Numbered from the stretch's first letter, positions 47,378 through 56,943 are shown. The stretch is DNA of 64,000 nt from Roseibacillus sp. (GCA_051251855.1 JBPOGI010000001.1:544001-608000); one strand, 5' to 3'. Made by a program: numbers and translations. The notes: generated by a model not told the origin, from the letters alone.

Positions 47378-49669
47378 TTATGGTGTAATAGGAGTGACAG
47401 GATGATAGTGCTGGATTTTAGGTTTTTCGAGGATTGCGATTTGTCCTCCGGGCCAGTGGACCGTTATGGTTTCGACCTCTTCATCGTTTGCGAGACCGAA
47501 GTGTTTCTGGGCGGGATGCTGGCACATGAAGGAGTCGCCGCTCACGATAACGGATTCAATGACTCTTTGATTCGTCTTGAGAGAGAGCTTTGCGCCGTTA
47601 GGCGAAGATTCCTTGGATGTTTCGAGGGTCACGCCAATCCAAGGTCGTTTTTCCGCTTCGGGAAGAGTGTTCTGCATGATGAGGAGGGCGGGAGGTTCGA
47701 CGTCAGTCTCGCCATCGTGGAAGAATCCTGAGGTGCCTTCGATCCGACCCACTGCGAGGTCGACGCGTCCATCGAGGTCTAAGTCAGCGGCAATAACGCG
47801 GCGACAATCGAAATCAAATCCGATATCAAGAAGAAACCCGAAGTCTTGGAATCCGATCCCATCTTGATTGATAAGGAGGGGATTGATTTGAAAGCCATCC
47901 CAAGACTGTTCTTCCATTTGGGGAAGGGTCTCAAGATATCCTGAAATGGCGGGGAGCTTAAAGTCTTTCATCACATAGACATCGCGGCACCAGAAGTTCG
48001 AGCAATAGTCGCGTGAGGTTTTTCCTGAGATATGACCGTTGGCGGCATAGATGTCGTGGTCGCCATCGTTATCGAAGTCAGCAGATGCAGAGCCCCAGGT
48101 CCAGCCGGTGCGGGCGACTTGAGGTTCAAATTCGGGAGCTTTATAGCCGCCTTCCTTGCGTCCCAGATACATCCGGTTTCCAAATCCCATCACGCCGCGC
48201 ATTTTGTTATGCTCGGGGTGTTGTTCGGGGTTGGCTTTCATTTGGTCGAGACGTCGGGCAGTGGTGGAGCCCATACCGAGAACATAAAAATCGAGTAGAC
48301 CGTCAGCATCGTAGTCGGCAACGGTGTGCGACATTCCAAAAGAGTATGGATTGCCGACGTAGGAGTCTTCTTGTTCGGAGAATTTTCCTTGGCCGTTATT
48401 GAGGTAGACGTCGACACCGTGAAAATCACTGATCACGAGAAGGTCGAGGTCTTCATCTTGGTCGAGGTCGAGAAAGGATCCCGAATAGGCGCGGCGATAG
48501 CGCTTCTGGGCGAGGCCGGAAGCCTCGGTCCGGTCTTCGAAGGTTCCGGTACCATCGTTGATGAGAAGAGTATTTCCAAAGCCGTCGTTGGCGTCCCAGA
48601 AGGTGTCAGGCATCTTTTCGTAAAGGGATCGCCATTGGCCCACATAAAGGTCGAGGTCGCCATCTTGGTCGCAATCACCTGCGGTGATGAAGGAGGGAAC
48701 ACGCAGTCGGTAGTCGCCAAGTTTGATACGGCGGGGCACTTTTGCGAATTTGCCGCCTTCTTCACCGAACCAGAGAGCGAGGTCACCTTCTTTGGTGTCG
48801 CTGAGCCAATCTAACAGGCCGTCACCATTGAGGTCAGCGGTGAGACCGATGACGGAGTCGAAGAAGAGTCCGCCGGGGTCGACGATAGGTTGAGGCTCAA
48901 ACTGGAAGTTACCTTTGTTCCAGAGGATCTTGTTTGAATTGCCCAAGATGATTTCGGGGAGTTGATCGCCATTGAGATCGTAGACCGATATGGCCCCCAT
49001 GTCGTCGCGTTCGGTGGGGTTGGGATTTCCGCCCTCGATGACCGCTCGGGTGGTGAAGGCGGCAGGTCCGCGTCGCTGCGCGGAAGTCGCTTCTAAAAGA
49101 GTGATGGTGGAGGGCCGAAGTTTTTCCTCTGACTCATCCCATACGATGCGGAGTGTGCCTTTGAACTGGAGGCGTTCGGTTCCTTCCTTACGCGAACCCT
49201 GAAGGTTGAAGGTCACTTCGGAGATCGCTTTTTCTGCTTCGTTGCGCTGGAAAGAACGATGATGCCAGTCGCTGTGGACGAGGGAGTAGCCGGCTTGGCG
49301 GTAGCTTTGGAGAATTTCCGCGAACCCTTCGCAAGAGAGCGTTTCTCCACCGGAGGTGATTTGGCGTGTGGTGATACCTAAGTCGTGGCGTGTGGGAGCG
49401 CCTGCCTTGCCTAGAGTCAAGGTGTCGAAGGGGACGGCGGCGAGGAGTTCCAGTCGTTTGCCAAGAGGAGCTTGTAGAAGCGAGTCCCAGAGGGGAACGA
49501 TACCTTCGAGTTCGATTTCGCGCGCTTCGCTTTCGTTTTCGAAGGCTTCGGCTTCGAGGGAAACAATTTTTTCGATGAGAAGAGCGGGATCAGCGATCTC
49601 GCCGACGGTCACGATGGTTGAGAGAAGGAGCGATGTCGCAAAGAGGGGGAGGCAAGAATGGGTTTTCAC
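47378..49669 (-). CDS. CRTAC1-like protein: FG-GAP/VCBS repeats plus C-terminal ASPIC/UnbV domain
   Basis: Repeats DLNGDGLLD, DCDQDGDLDLYV, DYDADGLLD, DFDNDGDHDIY; C-terminal SPNGAKL...GDSFMCQ...HFGL...VHWPGG. Probable GTG start at 49669, before the signal peptide. Confidence 0.85.
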   Translation of the reverse strand: MKTHSCLPLFATSLLLSTIVTVGEIADPALLIEKIVSLEAEAFENESEAREIELEGIVPLWDSLLQAPLGKRLELLAAVPFDTLTLGKAGAPTRHDLGITTRQITSGGETLSCEGFAEILQSYRQAGYSLVHSDWHHRSFQRNEAEKAISEVTFNLQGSRKEGTERLQFKGTLRIVWDESEEKLRPSTITLLEATSAQRRGPAAFTTRAVIEGGNPNPTERDDMGAISVYDLNGDQLPEIILGNSNKILWNKGNFQFEPQPIVDPGGLFFDSVIGLTADLNGDGLLDWLSDTKEGDLALWFGEEGGKFAKVPRRIKLGDYRLRVPSFITAGDCDQDGDLDLYVGQWRSLYEKMPDTFWDANDGFGNTLLINDGTGTFEDRTEASGLAQKRYRRAYSGSFLDLDQDEDLDLLVISDFHGVDVYLNNGQGKFSEQEDSYVGNPYSFGMSHTVADYDADGLLDFYVLGMGSTTARRLDQMKANPEQHPEHNKMRGVMGFGNRMYLGRKEGGYKAPEFEPQVARTGWTWGSASADFDNDGDHDIYAANGHISGKTSRDYCSNFWCRDVYVMKDFKLPAISGYLETLPQMEEQSWDGFQINPLLINQDGIGFQDFGFLLDIGFDFDCRRVIAADLDLDGRVDLAVGRIEGTSGFFHDGETDVEPPALLIMQNTLPEAEKRPWIGVTLETSKESSPNGAKLSLKTNQRVIESVIVSGDSFMCQHPAQKHFGLANDEEVETITVHWPGGQIAILEKPKIQHYHPVTPITP

Positions 49670-49729
49670 GCACGGAGAAGAGTGAAGTTGAAAGAGCGCT
49701 CTGCAAGTTGAAAATTGGCGACTTCTTTC

Positions 49730-49745
49730 TCCCTCAGATGAGGGG
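49730..49745. promoter_or_regulatory. Palindromic operator, copy 3 (between the divergent ASPIC gene and histidine kinase)
   Basis: TCCCTC-AGAT-GAGGGG. Confidence 0.75.
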
Positions 49746-49832
49746 GGATAGAGTCGCGAGGAGGCGCTAAAGTATGTAACCCGGTAAATCAAACTCCGAG
49801 GTGCGTTCGTTTTTCAATGGACTTTTGAACGT

Positions 49833-52067
49833 GTGAACTTGAACTTGAGAACTTTGAAAATCACCGTGACAATTGCGTTCTGGTTCACTTTGCAAGCGAT
49901 GCTCGTGGGAGTTGAGCAGTCCGAAGATCCCGTGCTCACAACGGCGATGGATGTGATCTCGTTAACGGGTGAGGAGGCCGCTCAGTCGATTCCCGTCTCA
50001 CTCACTGGCGTAGTGACTGTTTCGTATCCTCATTGGGGGGGGCGATTTTTCGTGCAGGATGAGACGAGTGGTATCTTTGTCGATTCATTAGAGGATGAGA
50101 GACCGATGCCGGGTGATCGGATTAGCTTGAGCGGGCTGAGTTATCCCGGAGGGTTTGCTCCTTCAGTTTTTAGCGCGCAATGGAAAAAAACTGAGGAGGA
50201 GCCATTGCCTGTGGCGCGAGTTGTTCCGATCGAGGTGCTGCTTTCGGGAGCCGAAGATAGCCAGCGGGTGGAAGTTACTGGAGTGGTTCGGACGGCTACC
50301 TTGAATGAGAACGAGCTATCGCTGTATCTCGTTTCCGATGGTCATCGTTTGCAGGCTTTGCTGCCACCCGCCACGGTGACTGAGCCTCAATCTCTAATTG
50401 GAGCCACCGTGCGGGTGAGGGGGACGGCTGCGGCAACGTTCAATGGTGAGTCGCGTCAGGTGATTTCGATGAATCTTTTCGTGCCAGTGTCGGATGATTT
50501 CCTCGTGGTTCAGCGGGAGAAAGTGAATCCTTTGGAAAAAGAGGTGCTCTTGATTGGGGCGCTAGGGAAATATAGTCGAGCGATTTTACCTCATGATCGG
50601 GTGCGCTTGCGGGGAGTAGTGACTTATCAACAGTTGGGGGAAGAGCTGTTTATCCAAGACGAAACAGGAGGCTTGCATGTGCGTAGCTCTCAATTGATTG
50701 ATGTCGAGCGGGGTGCGCTGGTTGAGGTGGTGGGGTTTCCTGGGGCAGAGGACAACCTGCCGGTCTTGCAGGATGCTTCCATTCGTTTGATTGAGGGTTC
50801 GAAGGTTCCGGAGGCGTTTCGCTTTCAGTTGGAGGAGTTGAAAAAGAGCCATCGGTTTGGACAGTTGGTTTCATTAAAAGCAATCTTGTTGGATCGTTCA
50901 GTGAGAATGGCGGCTGAAGGTTCGGAAGGGCAATTGGAAGAGAGGGTGACTTTGATGTTAGAAGCGGAGGACGAGGTCTTTACTGCAGATGGTTCTTTTG
51001 CTGGCGCAGGGACGAGCTTTTTGAACCTAGAGGTGGGGAGTCAGGTGAACGTGGAGGGAATTTGCTCTCTCGATATTCGTGATGATGGCGAAGTGACGAG
51101 CTTCCAGATTCTCTTGCCCGACGCGGAGAGTGTAACGGTGCTCGTGAGGCCGAGCTGGTTGAATGCGCGGAGGTTGAAGTATGGGCTTGGTATTTTGGGA
51201 GGAGTGGTTTTGTTATTTTTAATTTGGGCTGCAACTTTGGCTCGAAAGAATCAGATGTTGAAGCGCTCCATTGAGGGGCGAGCCAGAGCGCAAGCGGAGT
51301 TGCAGAAGGTCAATGAGACTTTGGATTTACGGGTACAAGAGCGGACGGCTCAGTTGAAGTCCGAGATGGATGAGAGAAAGAAAGCGGAGGTGAGCTTTAA
51401 GGCGACCTTGGCGGAACGAACGCGACTTGCGCAAGAGTTGCACGATACTACGGAGCAAAGTTTGGCCGGAATCGGGTTGCAGTTGGATACCTCCGCCAAA
51501 CTTCTTCCGAATGACTTGGAGGAGGGATTGAAGCCATTGGATTTGGCGCGAACGTTGATCGGGCAGAGTCATCAGGACCTTAGACGTTCGATTTGGAATC
51601 TGCGCTCGCGTGAGCTGGAAGAGTTTAACTTCTCCGATGCTGTTCGCATGAGTGTGCGTGAGGTCTTGTTGGGCACTGGAATCGAGTTTGAGAAGGTTGA
51701 GCAGGGCGTTGCGCGGTCTCTTCCTGAGGTGGTGGAGGAAAATTTGCTACGGGTGGTTCGAGAGGTCGCTACCAACGCTGTGAAGCATGCCGACGCTTCG
51801 AAGTTAGAAGTGACATTGTCTTATCGAGAAGGTGAGGTTGAGCTCACGGTGAGTGATGATGGGCGAGGCTTTTCTTCGGAGAGTGCGCCTGGTGCGAAGG
51901 AAGGTCACTTTGGATTGTTAGGTATTTCTGAGCGAGTGAAGAGGTTCGATGGAATCCTTGTTCTCGATTCGAAGGTGGGGCAGGGCACCACGGTGCGAGT
52001 GACGGTTTCAACTGCGCGTTTGACGAGTGATGTGGCGACCGCGCAGACTAACGGAATGAAATCATGA
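49833..52067 (+). CDS. Sensor histidine kinase (HisKA_3, NarX/UhpB type) with a large periplasmic region of repeated OB-fold-like units
   Basis: ERTRLAQELHDT, EVATNAVKHA, DDGRGF, HFGLLGISERV; periplasmic repeats GVVT..FFVQDETSG and GVVT..LFIQDETGG; TM helix after RPSWLN. Confidence 0.92.
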   Translation: MNLNLRTLKITVTIAFWFTLQAMLVGVEQSEDPVLTTAMDVISLTGEEAAQSIPVSLTGVVTVSYPHWGGRFFVQDETSGIFVDSLEDERPMPGDRISLSGLSYPGGFAPSVFSAQWKKTEEEPLPVARVVPIEVLLSGAEDSQRVEVTGVVRTATLNENELSLYLVSDGHRLQALLPPATVTEPQSLIGATVRVRGTAAATFNGESRQVISMNLFVPVSDDFLVVQREKVNPLEKEVLLIGALGKYSRAILPHDRVRLRGVVTYQQLGEELFIQDETGGLHVRSSQLIDVERGALVEVVGFPGAEDNLPVLQDASIRLIEGSKVPEAFRFQLEELKKSHRFGQLVSLKAILLDRSVRMAAEGSEGQLEERVTLMLEAEDEVFTADGSFAGAGTSFLNLEVGSQVNVEGICSLDIRDDGEVTSFQILLPDAESVTVLVRPSWLNARRLKYGLGILGGVVLLFLIWAATLARKNQMLKRSIEGRARAQAELQKVNETLDLRVQERTAQLKSEMDERKKAEVSFKATLAERTRLAQELHDTTEQSLAGIGLQLDTSAKLLPNDLEEGLKPLDLARTLIGQSHQDLRRSIWNLRSRELEEFNFSDAVRMSVREVLLGTGIEFEKVEQGVARSLPEVVEENLLRVVREVATNAVKHADASKLEVTLSYREGEVELTVSDDGRGFSSESAPGAKEGHFGLLGISERVKRFDGILVLDSKVGQGTTVRVTVSTARLTSDVATAQTNGMKS

Positions 52068-52693
52068 GTAAGGAGAAGACGATCAAGGTGCTGATTGCCG
52101 ATGACCACTATGTGGTGCGCATGGGCCTAGCGGCGATGGTGAAGACGGAGTCGGACATGGAAGTGGTGGGGGAAGCGGAAGACGGGAGGGAGGCGATCCG
52201 GCTCTATGAGCGGTATCAACCTGATATCTTGCTGATGGACTCTCGGATGCCGGTCTTGAATGGGGTGGAGACGACGATTGAGATTTTAAAGAAGTATCCA
52301 AAGGCGCGCGTCCTCATGATTTCGGCCTACGATGGTGATGCCGATATTCAGCGTGCTTTGGAGGCGGGAGTGCAGGGCTATGTTCTCAAGCAATCAGCGG
52401 GGGACCGTTTGTTGCCTGCTATTCGAGCGGTGGCGGCAGGGAAGAAGTGGCTCTCGCGGGCGGTGGCGGGAGAGCTGGCGTTGAGAAAATCTTACGAACA
52501 ACTCACCCCGCGTGAACTAGATGTGCTGAAGGAGATATCACTGGGGTTGGCGAACAAACAAATTGCGGATTCCTTGGGTATCTCTGAGCATACGGTGAAG
52601 GACCATGTCAAAAATGTGCTCGCTAAATTGCGGGTCTCCGACCGCACCGAGGCAGTCGCGGTGGGAGTGAAGCGAGGCTTTATTCATCTTTAA
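52064..52693 (+). CDS. NarL/FixJ family DNA-binding response regulator
   Basis: VLIADDHYVVRMGL, PDILLMD, LTPRELDVL...GLANKQIA..LGISEHTVKDHV; ATGA overlap with the kinase. Confidence 0.95.
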   Translation: MSKEKTIKVLIADDHYVVRMGLAAMVKTESDMEVVGEAEDGREAIRLYERYQPDILLMDSRMPVLNGVETTIEILKKYPKARVLMISAYDGDADIQRALEAGVQGYVLKQSAGDRLLPAIRAVAAGKKWLSRAVAGELALRKSYEQLTPRELDVLKEISLGLANKQIADSLGISEHTVKDHVKNVLAKLRVSDRTEAVAVGVKRGFIHL

Positions 52694-54635
52694 TGGAGGT
52701 CTGTGCAGGATCCTTTGCTTCGGGATAGCTGAGACCATAGCCGACGGGATAGCGCAGGCGGCTCTGCTCGTGAGTCGAGGCTGGCACTTCCTTCATCGAG
52801 GCGGGCCAAGCGTAGGAGAGCTTTCCGGTGAACGGCTTCTTTGCTAACAGGACATCGGCGACTCCTGCTCCTTCGCTGCCAGGTAACCAAGCAGCGACGA
52901 TGGCGTCTGCTTGCGAGCGGGCGGCATCTAGAACGAGGGGGCGGCCGGAGATGATGAGGAGTGCTACTTTTGAACCGGTTGCGTGAGCGTTCGCGACAAG
53001 GTCTTGATCGGATTGGCTGAGGGTGATGTTTTCGCGATCGCCCTTCATCTCGGCATAGGGATCTTCACCCACGACCACAAGGATGAGGTCGGCACCTTCA
53101 CTGCCATTGACGTTGGGGGAGTGGGTGACTTTGGTTTCAGGAGAAACTCCGTTTTGGAGGCCTTGTAGAATGGTGGAGCCGCCATTGACGGTTGGGCCGC
53201 GGCCTCCTTGCCAACTGACGGTCCAGCCACCGCATTGCATGCCAACGTCGCTGGCTGCGGAGCCTGCCACGTGGAGATGGCGGCAGTCGTTGGTAATGGG
53301 GAGAAGATTGTCTTTGTTTTTGAGAAGGACCAAGGATTCCGAAACGGCTTGTCGGGCAACGGCGCGGTGTTTTTCGGAGCCGAACTCTTTCTGGAGTTCT
53401 TCGTTGGGCCAGAGTTGGGGGCCTTTTTCCATCATGCCTGCCGCAAATTTGACGCGCAGGATGCGAGTGACGGCGTCGTCGATACGAGACATGGGCACAC
53501 GACCTTCCTGAACAAGTTCTTGAAGGAAGGTGATGAATTTTTTGTAGTGGTCGGTGACCATGACCATGTCCATGCCGGCGTTGATGGAGATTTCGATGCA
53601 GCGCTTATAGTTAGGCGTCTTGACCTGACCGGCGGCATTGTTGCTTTCGACTTGTTGAAACCCACCTTCAGGCCAGACGAGTTGGTCGATAGCGTTGTAG
53701 TCCGAGATGAGCATGCCCTCGAAGCCGAGCTGTTCCTTGAGGACGTAGGTTAGGAGGTATTTGTTGCCGGAGAGTTTGATGCCGTTCCAACTAGAGTAGG
53801 AGGGCATAATAGTGGCGACGCCGGCATCGATGGCGGGGATGTAAGGAGTGATGTGGAGGCGACGGAGTTCTTCCTCGCTGAGTTGGGTGTTGCCTTGATC
53901 GAGTTTGGATTCGCCTCGGGTGGAATCGTAGGTTGTGCCGCCATCGGCGACCCAGTGTTTAGCGCAAGCCACGACTGAGTAAGGGGAGGCGAGGTCGTCT
54001 CCTTGCAGTCCTTTGACGGCGGCTTCGCTATAGAGGGAGACCACTTCGGGGTCTTCGGAGAAGCCTTCGTAGGCGCGCCCCCAGCGGATGTCGCGCGGGA
54101 CGGTGAGGCAGGGAGCAAAGGTCCATTGAATGCCGGTGGCTCGTATTTCGCGGGCAGTGATGCGGCCAATTTCTCTCACGAGGGCAGGGTTGCGGGTGCA
54201 GCCGAGGCCGATGTTGTGAGGAAAGATGACGGCGTCGGGGAGGTTGCTATGGCCGTGCACGGCATCGACGCCGTAGATGAGCGGGATGCCGAGCCGGGTC
54301 TTGAGCGCTCTTTCTTGGCAATCTCGATAGAGGTTGGACCAGTTGGCGAGGCTGTTGCCTGATTTGGGGTCAGAGCTGCCTCCGCTGAGAATGGAGCCGA
54401 GGGCGAGGCGCTCAATATTGTCGAAGTCCTTGACCGAATTCAGGTCGGGCTGGGTCATTTGACCGACCTTTTCGGCGAGAGTCATTTCGGCGACGAGTTC
54501 CTTGATTTTGTCATCGTGAGCGGTGAGCCATGCTGGAGAAGCTGCTGGGACACTTAATGAGAGAGAGACGGAGAGCGAGAGCGCGACAAGGTGGATTTGG
54601 AAGCGAGAAAATCGAAATTGAATTGTTGATTGCAT
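52680..54635 (-). CDS. Glycoside hydrolase family 3 (beta-glucosidase / exo-beta-glucanase type), secreted
   Basis: EKVGQMTQ, YGVDAVHGH, FPHNIGLG, RWGRAYEGFSEDP, ACAKHW, ISDYNAI (nucleophile Asp), GEDPYAE, AAWLPGSEG. Confidence 0.93.
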   Translation of the reverse strand: MQSTIQFRFSRFQIHLVALSLSVSLSLSVPAASPAWLTAHDDKIKELVAEMTLAEKVGQMTQPDLNSVKDFDNIERLALGSILSGGSSDPKSGNSLANWSNLYRDCQERALKTRLGIPLIYGVDAVHGHSNLPDAVIFPHNIGLGCTRNPALVREIGRITAREIRATGIQWTFAPCLTVPRDIRWGRAYEGFSEDPEVVSLYSEAAVKGLQGDDLASPYSVVACAKHWVADGGTTYDSTRGESKLDQGNTQLSEEELRRLHITPYIPAIDAGVATIMPSYSSWNGIKLSGNKYLLTYVLKEQLGFEGMLISDYNAIDQLVWPEGGFQQVESNNAAGQVKTPNYKRCIEISINAGMDMVMVTDHYKKFITFLQELVQEGRVPMSRIDDAVTRILRVKFAAGMMEKGPQLWPNEELQKEFGSEKHRAVARQAVSESLVLLKNKDNLLPITNDCRHLHVAGSAASDVGMQCGGWTVSWQGGRGPTVNGGSTILQGLQNGVSPETKVTHSPNVNGSEGADLILVVVGEDPYAEMKGDRENITLSQSDQDLVANAHATGSKVALLIISGRPLVLDAARSQADAIVAAWLPGSEGAGVADVLLAKKPFTGKLSYAWPASMKEVPASTHEQSRLRYPVGYGLSYPEAKDPAQTSIKDE

Positions 54636-54702
54636 ATTATTTGGCTCTCAGTGGGAGCTGGGAAATTTCGTGGAGTGTGAAGTAGAATTTGTTTGTTGAA
54701 AA

Positions 54703-54718
54703 TCCCCACAAGGAGGGG
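54703..54718. promoter_or_regulatory. Palindromic operator, copy 4
   Basis: TCCCCA-CAAG-GAGGGG, 68 bp upstream of the GH3 start; followed on the minus strand by TTTTCA-17nt-CACACT. Confidence 0.65.
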
Positions 54719-54816
54719 GATAGGCTCCTATTTGAACTTTAGTGCGTGAGGAAGGTGGGAGATCGTCTGGATTGCGATCTTGTAAGATGGGGGCGAAGGT
54801 GTTCGTCTTGGGGAGT

Positions 54817-56943
54817 ATGTTTCGAATACGTGTCGCTGCGCTAGTGGTTTCTCTGGGGGCTGGAGCCTCCTTTGGTTACGGGGAAAGCCTATTCAATGGT
54901 GAAGATTTGAAGGGATGGAGCTCAAAGCCTGGGGAATTGCAGAGTGCTCATTGGGCGGTCGAGGGTGGGGAGATAGTGGGCGAGAATCTTGATAAGAAGA
55001 ATTCGGTCCTGTGGACGGACGAGCAATTTGGTGATTTTGAGCTGTCTCTGGACTACAAAACGCCTTCTCCAGATTACGATTCGGGAATTTTTTTACGAGG
55101 TCAGAGTCATCAGGTGCAGATTGGGATTTCGCGCTCTCTTAAGGTCGATCTGACAGCTTGCATTTATGCGCCTAAAGATGGCAAGGGTGGGTATCCGGCG
55201 AAGTCGGATAAGGTTGCGGCGACGCATAAGTTGGGTGAATGGAATCACCTGCGTATTGTGGTGGAGGGAAAGCGGATTCAGACCTTTTTAAATGGGGAAG
55301 CGTTCGTGGATTATGTGGGAGAGACGATCCAAGCAACGGGGCCGATTGGGTTGCAGCTGCATGCAGGGGTGCATCAGAAGATGCAGTTCAAGAATTTGGA
55401 GCTTAAGAAGATCGCGGTTGAAGAGGAGCCAGCGCCTTCGAAGCCAAATGTGGTGATTATTTACGGTGATGATGTGGGTTATGCCGATTTGGGATGTTAT
55501 GGGGCAGAGAAGATTCCGACTCCGAATTTGGACAAGATGGCTGCAGAAGGATTGCGCTTTACCGATGCTCATTGTGCAGCGGCGACTTGCACGCCGTCAC
55601 GTTATTCACTGCTGACGGGAGAGATGGCTTTTCGCAAAAAAGGGACGGGGATTTTGCCAGGAGATGCCGCGATGGCGATTCATCCGGACCAGTTCACGAT
55701 GGCAGATGCTTTTCAGGCTGCAGGATATACCACAGGAGTGGTTGGCAAGTGGCACTTGGGTCTGGGTGATGGGGTGACTCCTATTGATTGGAACAAGGAG
55801 ATTAAACCGGGGCCTCTGGAGATTGGTTTTGACTATTGTTTCATGCTGCCATCGACGAATGATCGGGTTCCTTGTGTCTACTTGGAGAATCATCACATTG
55901 TGAACCTCGACCCTGAGGATCCGTTGACGGTTTCGTATAAAAAGAAGATTCCAGCGGAGGTGCCGGGAACGGTTTATCCGGATGGACGTGAGGACCCTGA
56001 GGCAATGACTTACTACATGAATACTCATGGCCACAACATGTCGGTCATCAATGGGGTGGGTCGGATTGGGATGATGAAGGGGGGGAAGTCTGCGCTTTGG
56101 AATGATGAAGAGATGGCGGACAAGCTTGTGGAGAAGGCGGGTGCCTTTATTGAAAAGAACAAGGGGGAGCCCTTCTTCCTCTTCTTCTCGTCGCAGGATA
56201 TTCATGTGCCTCGGACGCCGCATCCCCGTTTTCGAGGGAAGAGTGATTTGAGTTATCGGGGTGATGCGATGGTGCAGTTGGATTGGACCACGGGAGCGAT
56301 TCTGGAAGCGCTGAAGAAGAACGGAATCGACGACAACACGGTCGTAATTTTCAGTAGCGACAATGGACCTGTTTACGATGACGGCTACCAAGATGGGACT
56401 ACGGTAGAGACTTCAATGGAAGAGGTGGACCGTGGGCATGATGGCTCAGGACCTTATCGTGGTGGGAAGTATCAGCTATATGAGGGAGGGACCCGGGTTC
56501 CCTTCATCGTGCGTTGGCCTGAGGGAATCGAACCGGGAGTCTCCAATGCTCTGGTCACTCAGGTTGACCTCTTGAAGTCATTCGCTGGACATTTGAAGGT
56601 CGAGATTCCTTCTGGTCACGCTATCGATAGCCGCGATTATTTACCTGCGTTTCTTGGTGAAGACGAAAAGGGCGCCGATATCATTTTGGAGCAGGCCAAG
56701 GCGGTTGCTATTCGTAAAGGTCCTTGGAAGTACTTTGATGGCTGGCCGGGCCACATGTTTAAGAAGGCCAAGGCCAAGAACGGCAAAAGCAAGAATGTGA
56801 AGAATGTGAAGAATACGCCTATGTTGTTCAATGTGGAACAGGACAAGATGGAAAAGAGCAATCTTGTGGAAGAAAAGCCTAAGTTGACGGAGGAACTCGC
56901 TGAGCTTTTGAAGAAGTATCAGGAAGAAGGACTCGCTGAGTAG
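54817..56943 (+). CDS. Fusion protein: N-terminal DUF1080 (3-keto-disaccharide hydrolase family) plus C-terminal Cys-type sulfatase (S1_15-like)
   Basis: SLFNGEDLKGW...FGDFELSLDYK...DSGIFLR...GEWNHLRI...GPIGLQLH...QFKNL, then PNVVIIYGDDVGYAD, CTPSR, DRVPCVY, SSDNGP, RGGKY. Confidence 0.9.
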   Translation: MFRIRVAALVVSLGAGASFGYGESLFNGEDLKGWSSKPGELQSAHWAVEGGEIVGENLDKKNSVLWTDEQFGDFELSLDYKTPSPDYDSGIFLRGQSHQVQIGISRSLKVDLTACIYAPKDGKGGYPAKSDKVAATHKLGEWNHLRIVVEGKRIQTFLNGEAFVDYVGETIQATGPIGLQLHAGVHQKMQFKNLELKKIAVEEEPAPSKPNVVIIYGDDVGYADLGCYGAEKIPTPNLDKMAAEGLRFTDAHCAAATCTPSRYSLLTGEMAFRKKGTGILPGDAAMAIHPDQFTMADAFQAAGYTTGVVGKWHLGLGDGVTPIDWNKEIKPGPLEIGFDYCFMLPSTNDRVPCVYLENHHIVNLDPEDPLTVSYKKKIPAEVPGTVYPDGREDPEAMTYYMNTHGHNMSVINGVGRIGMMKGGKSALWNDEEMADKLVEKAGAFIEKNKGEPFFLFFSSQDIHVPRTPHPRFRGKSDLSYRGDAMVQLDWTTGAILEALKKNGIDDNTVVIFSSDNGPVYDDGYQDGTTVETSMEEVDRGHDGSGPYRGGKYQLYEGGTRVPFIVRWPEGIEPGVSNALVTQVDLLKSFAGHLKVEIPSGHAIDSRDYLPAFLGEDEKGADIILEQAKAVAIRKGPWKYFDGWPGHMFKKAKAKNGKSKNVKNVKNTPMLFNVEQDKMEKSNLVEEKPKLTEELAELLKKYQEEGLAE

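Noticed and set aside
52680..52693. Convergent 3' overlaps (regulator/GH3, 14 bp; parE/bioF, 4 bp)
   Set aside because: Short convergent overlaps are common in compact genomes, and all four proteins look complete.
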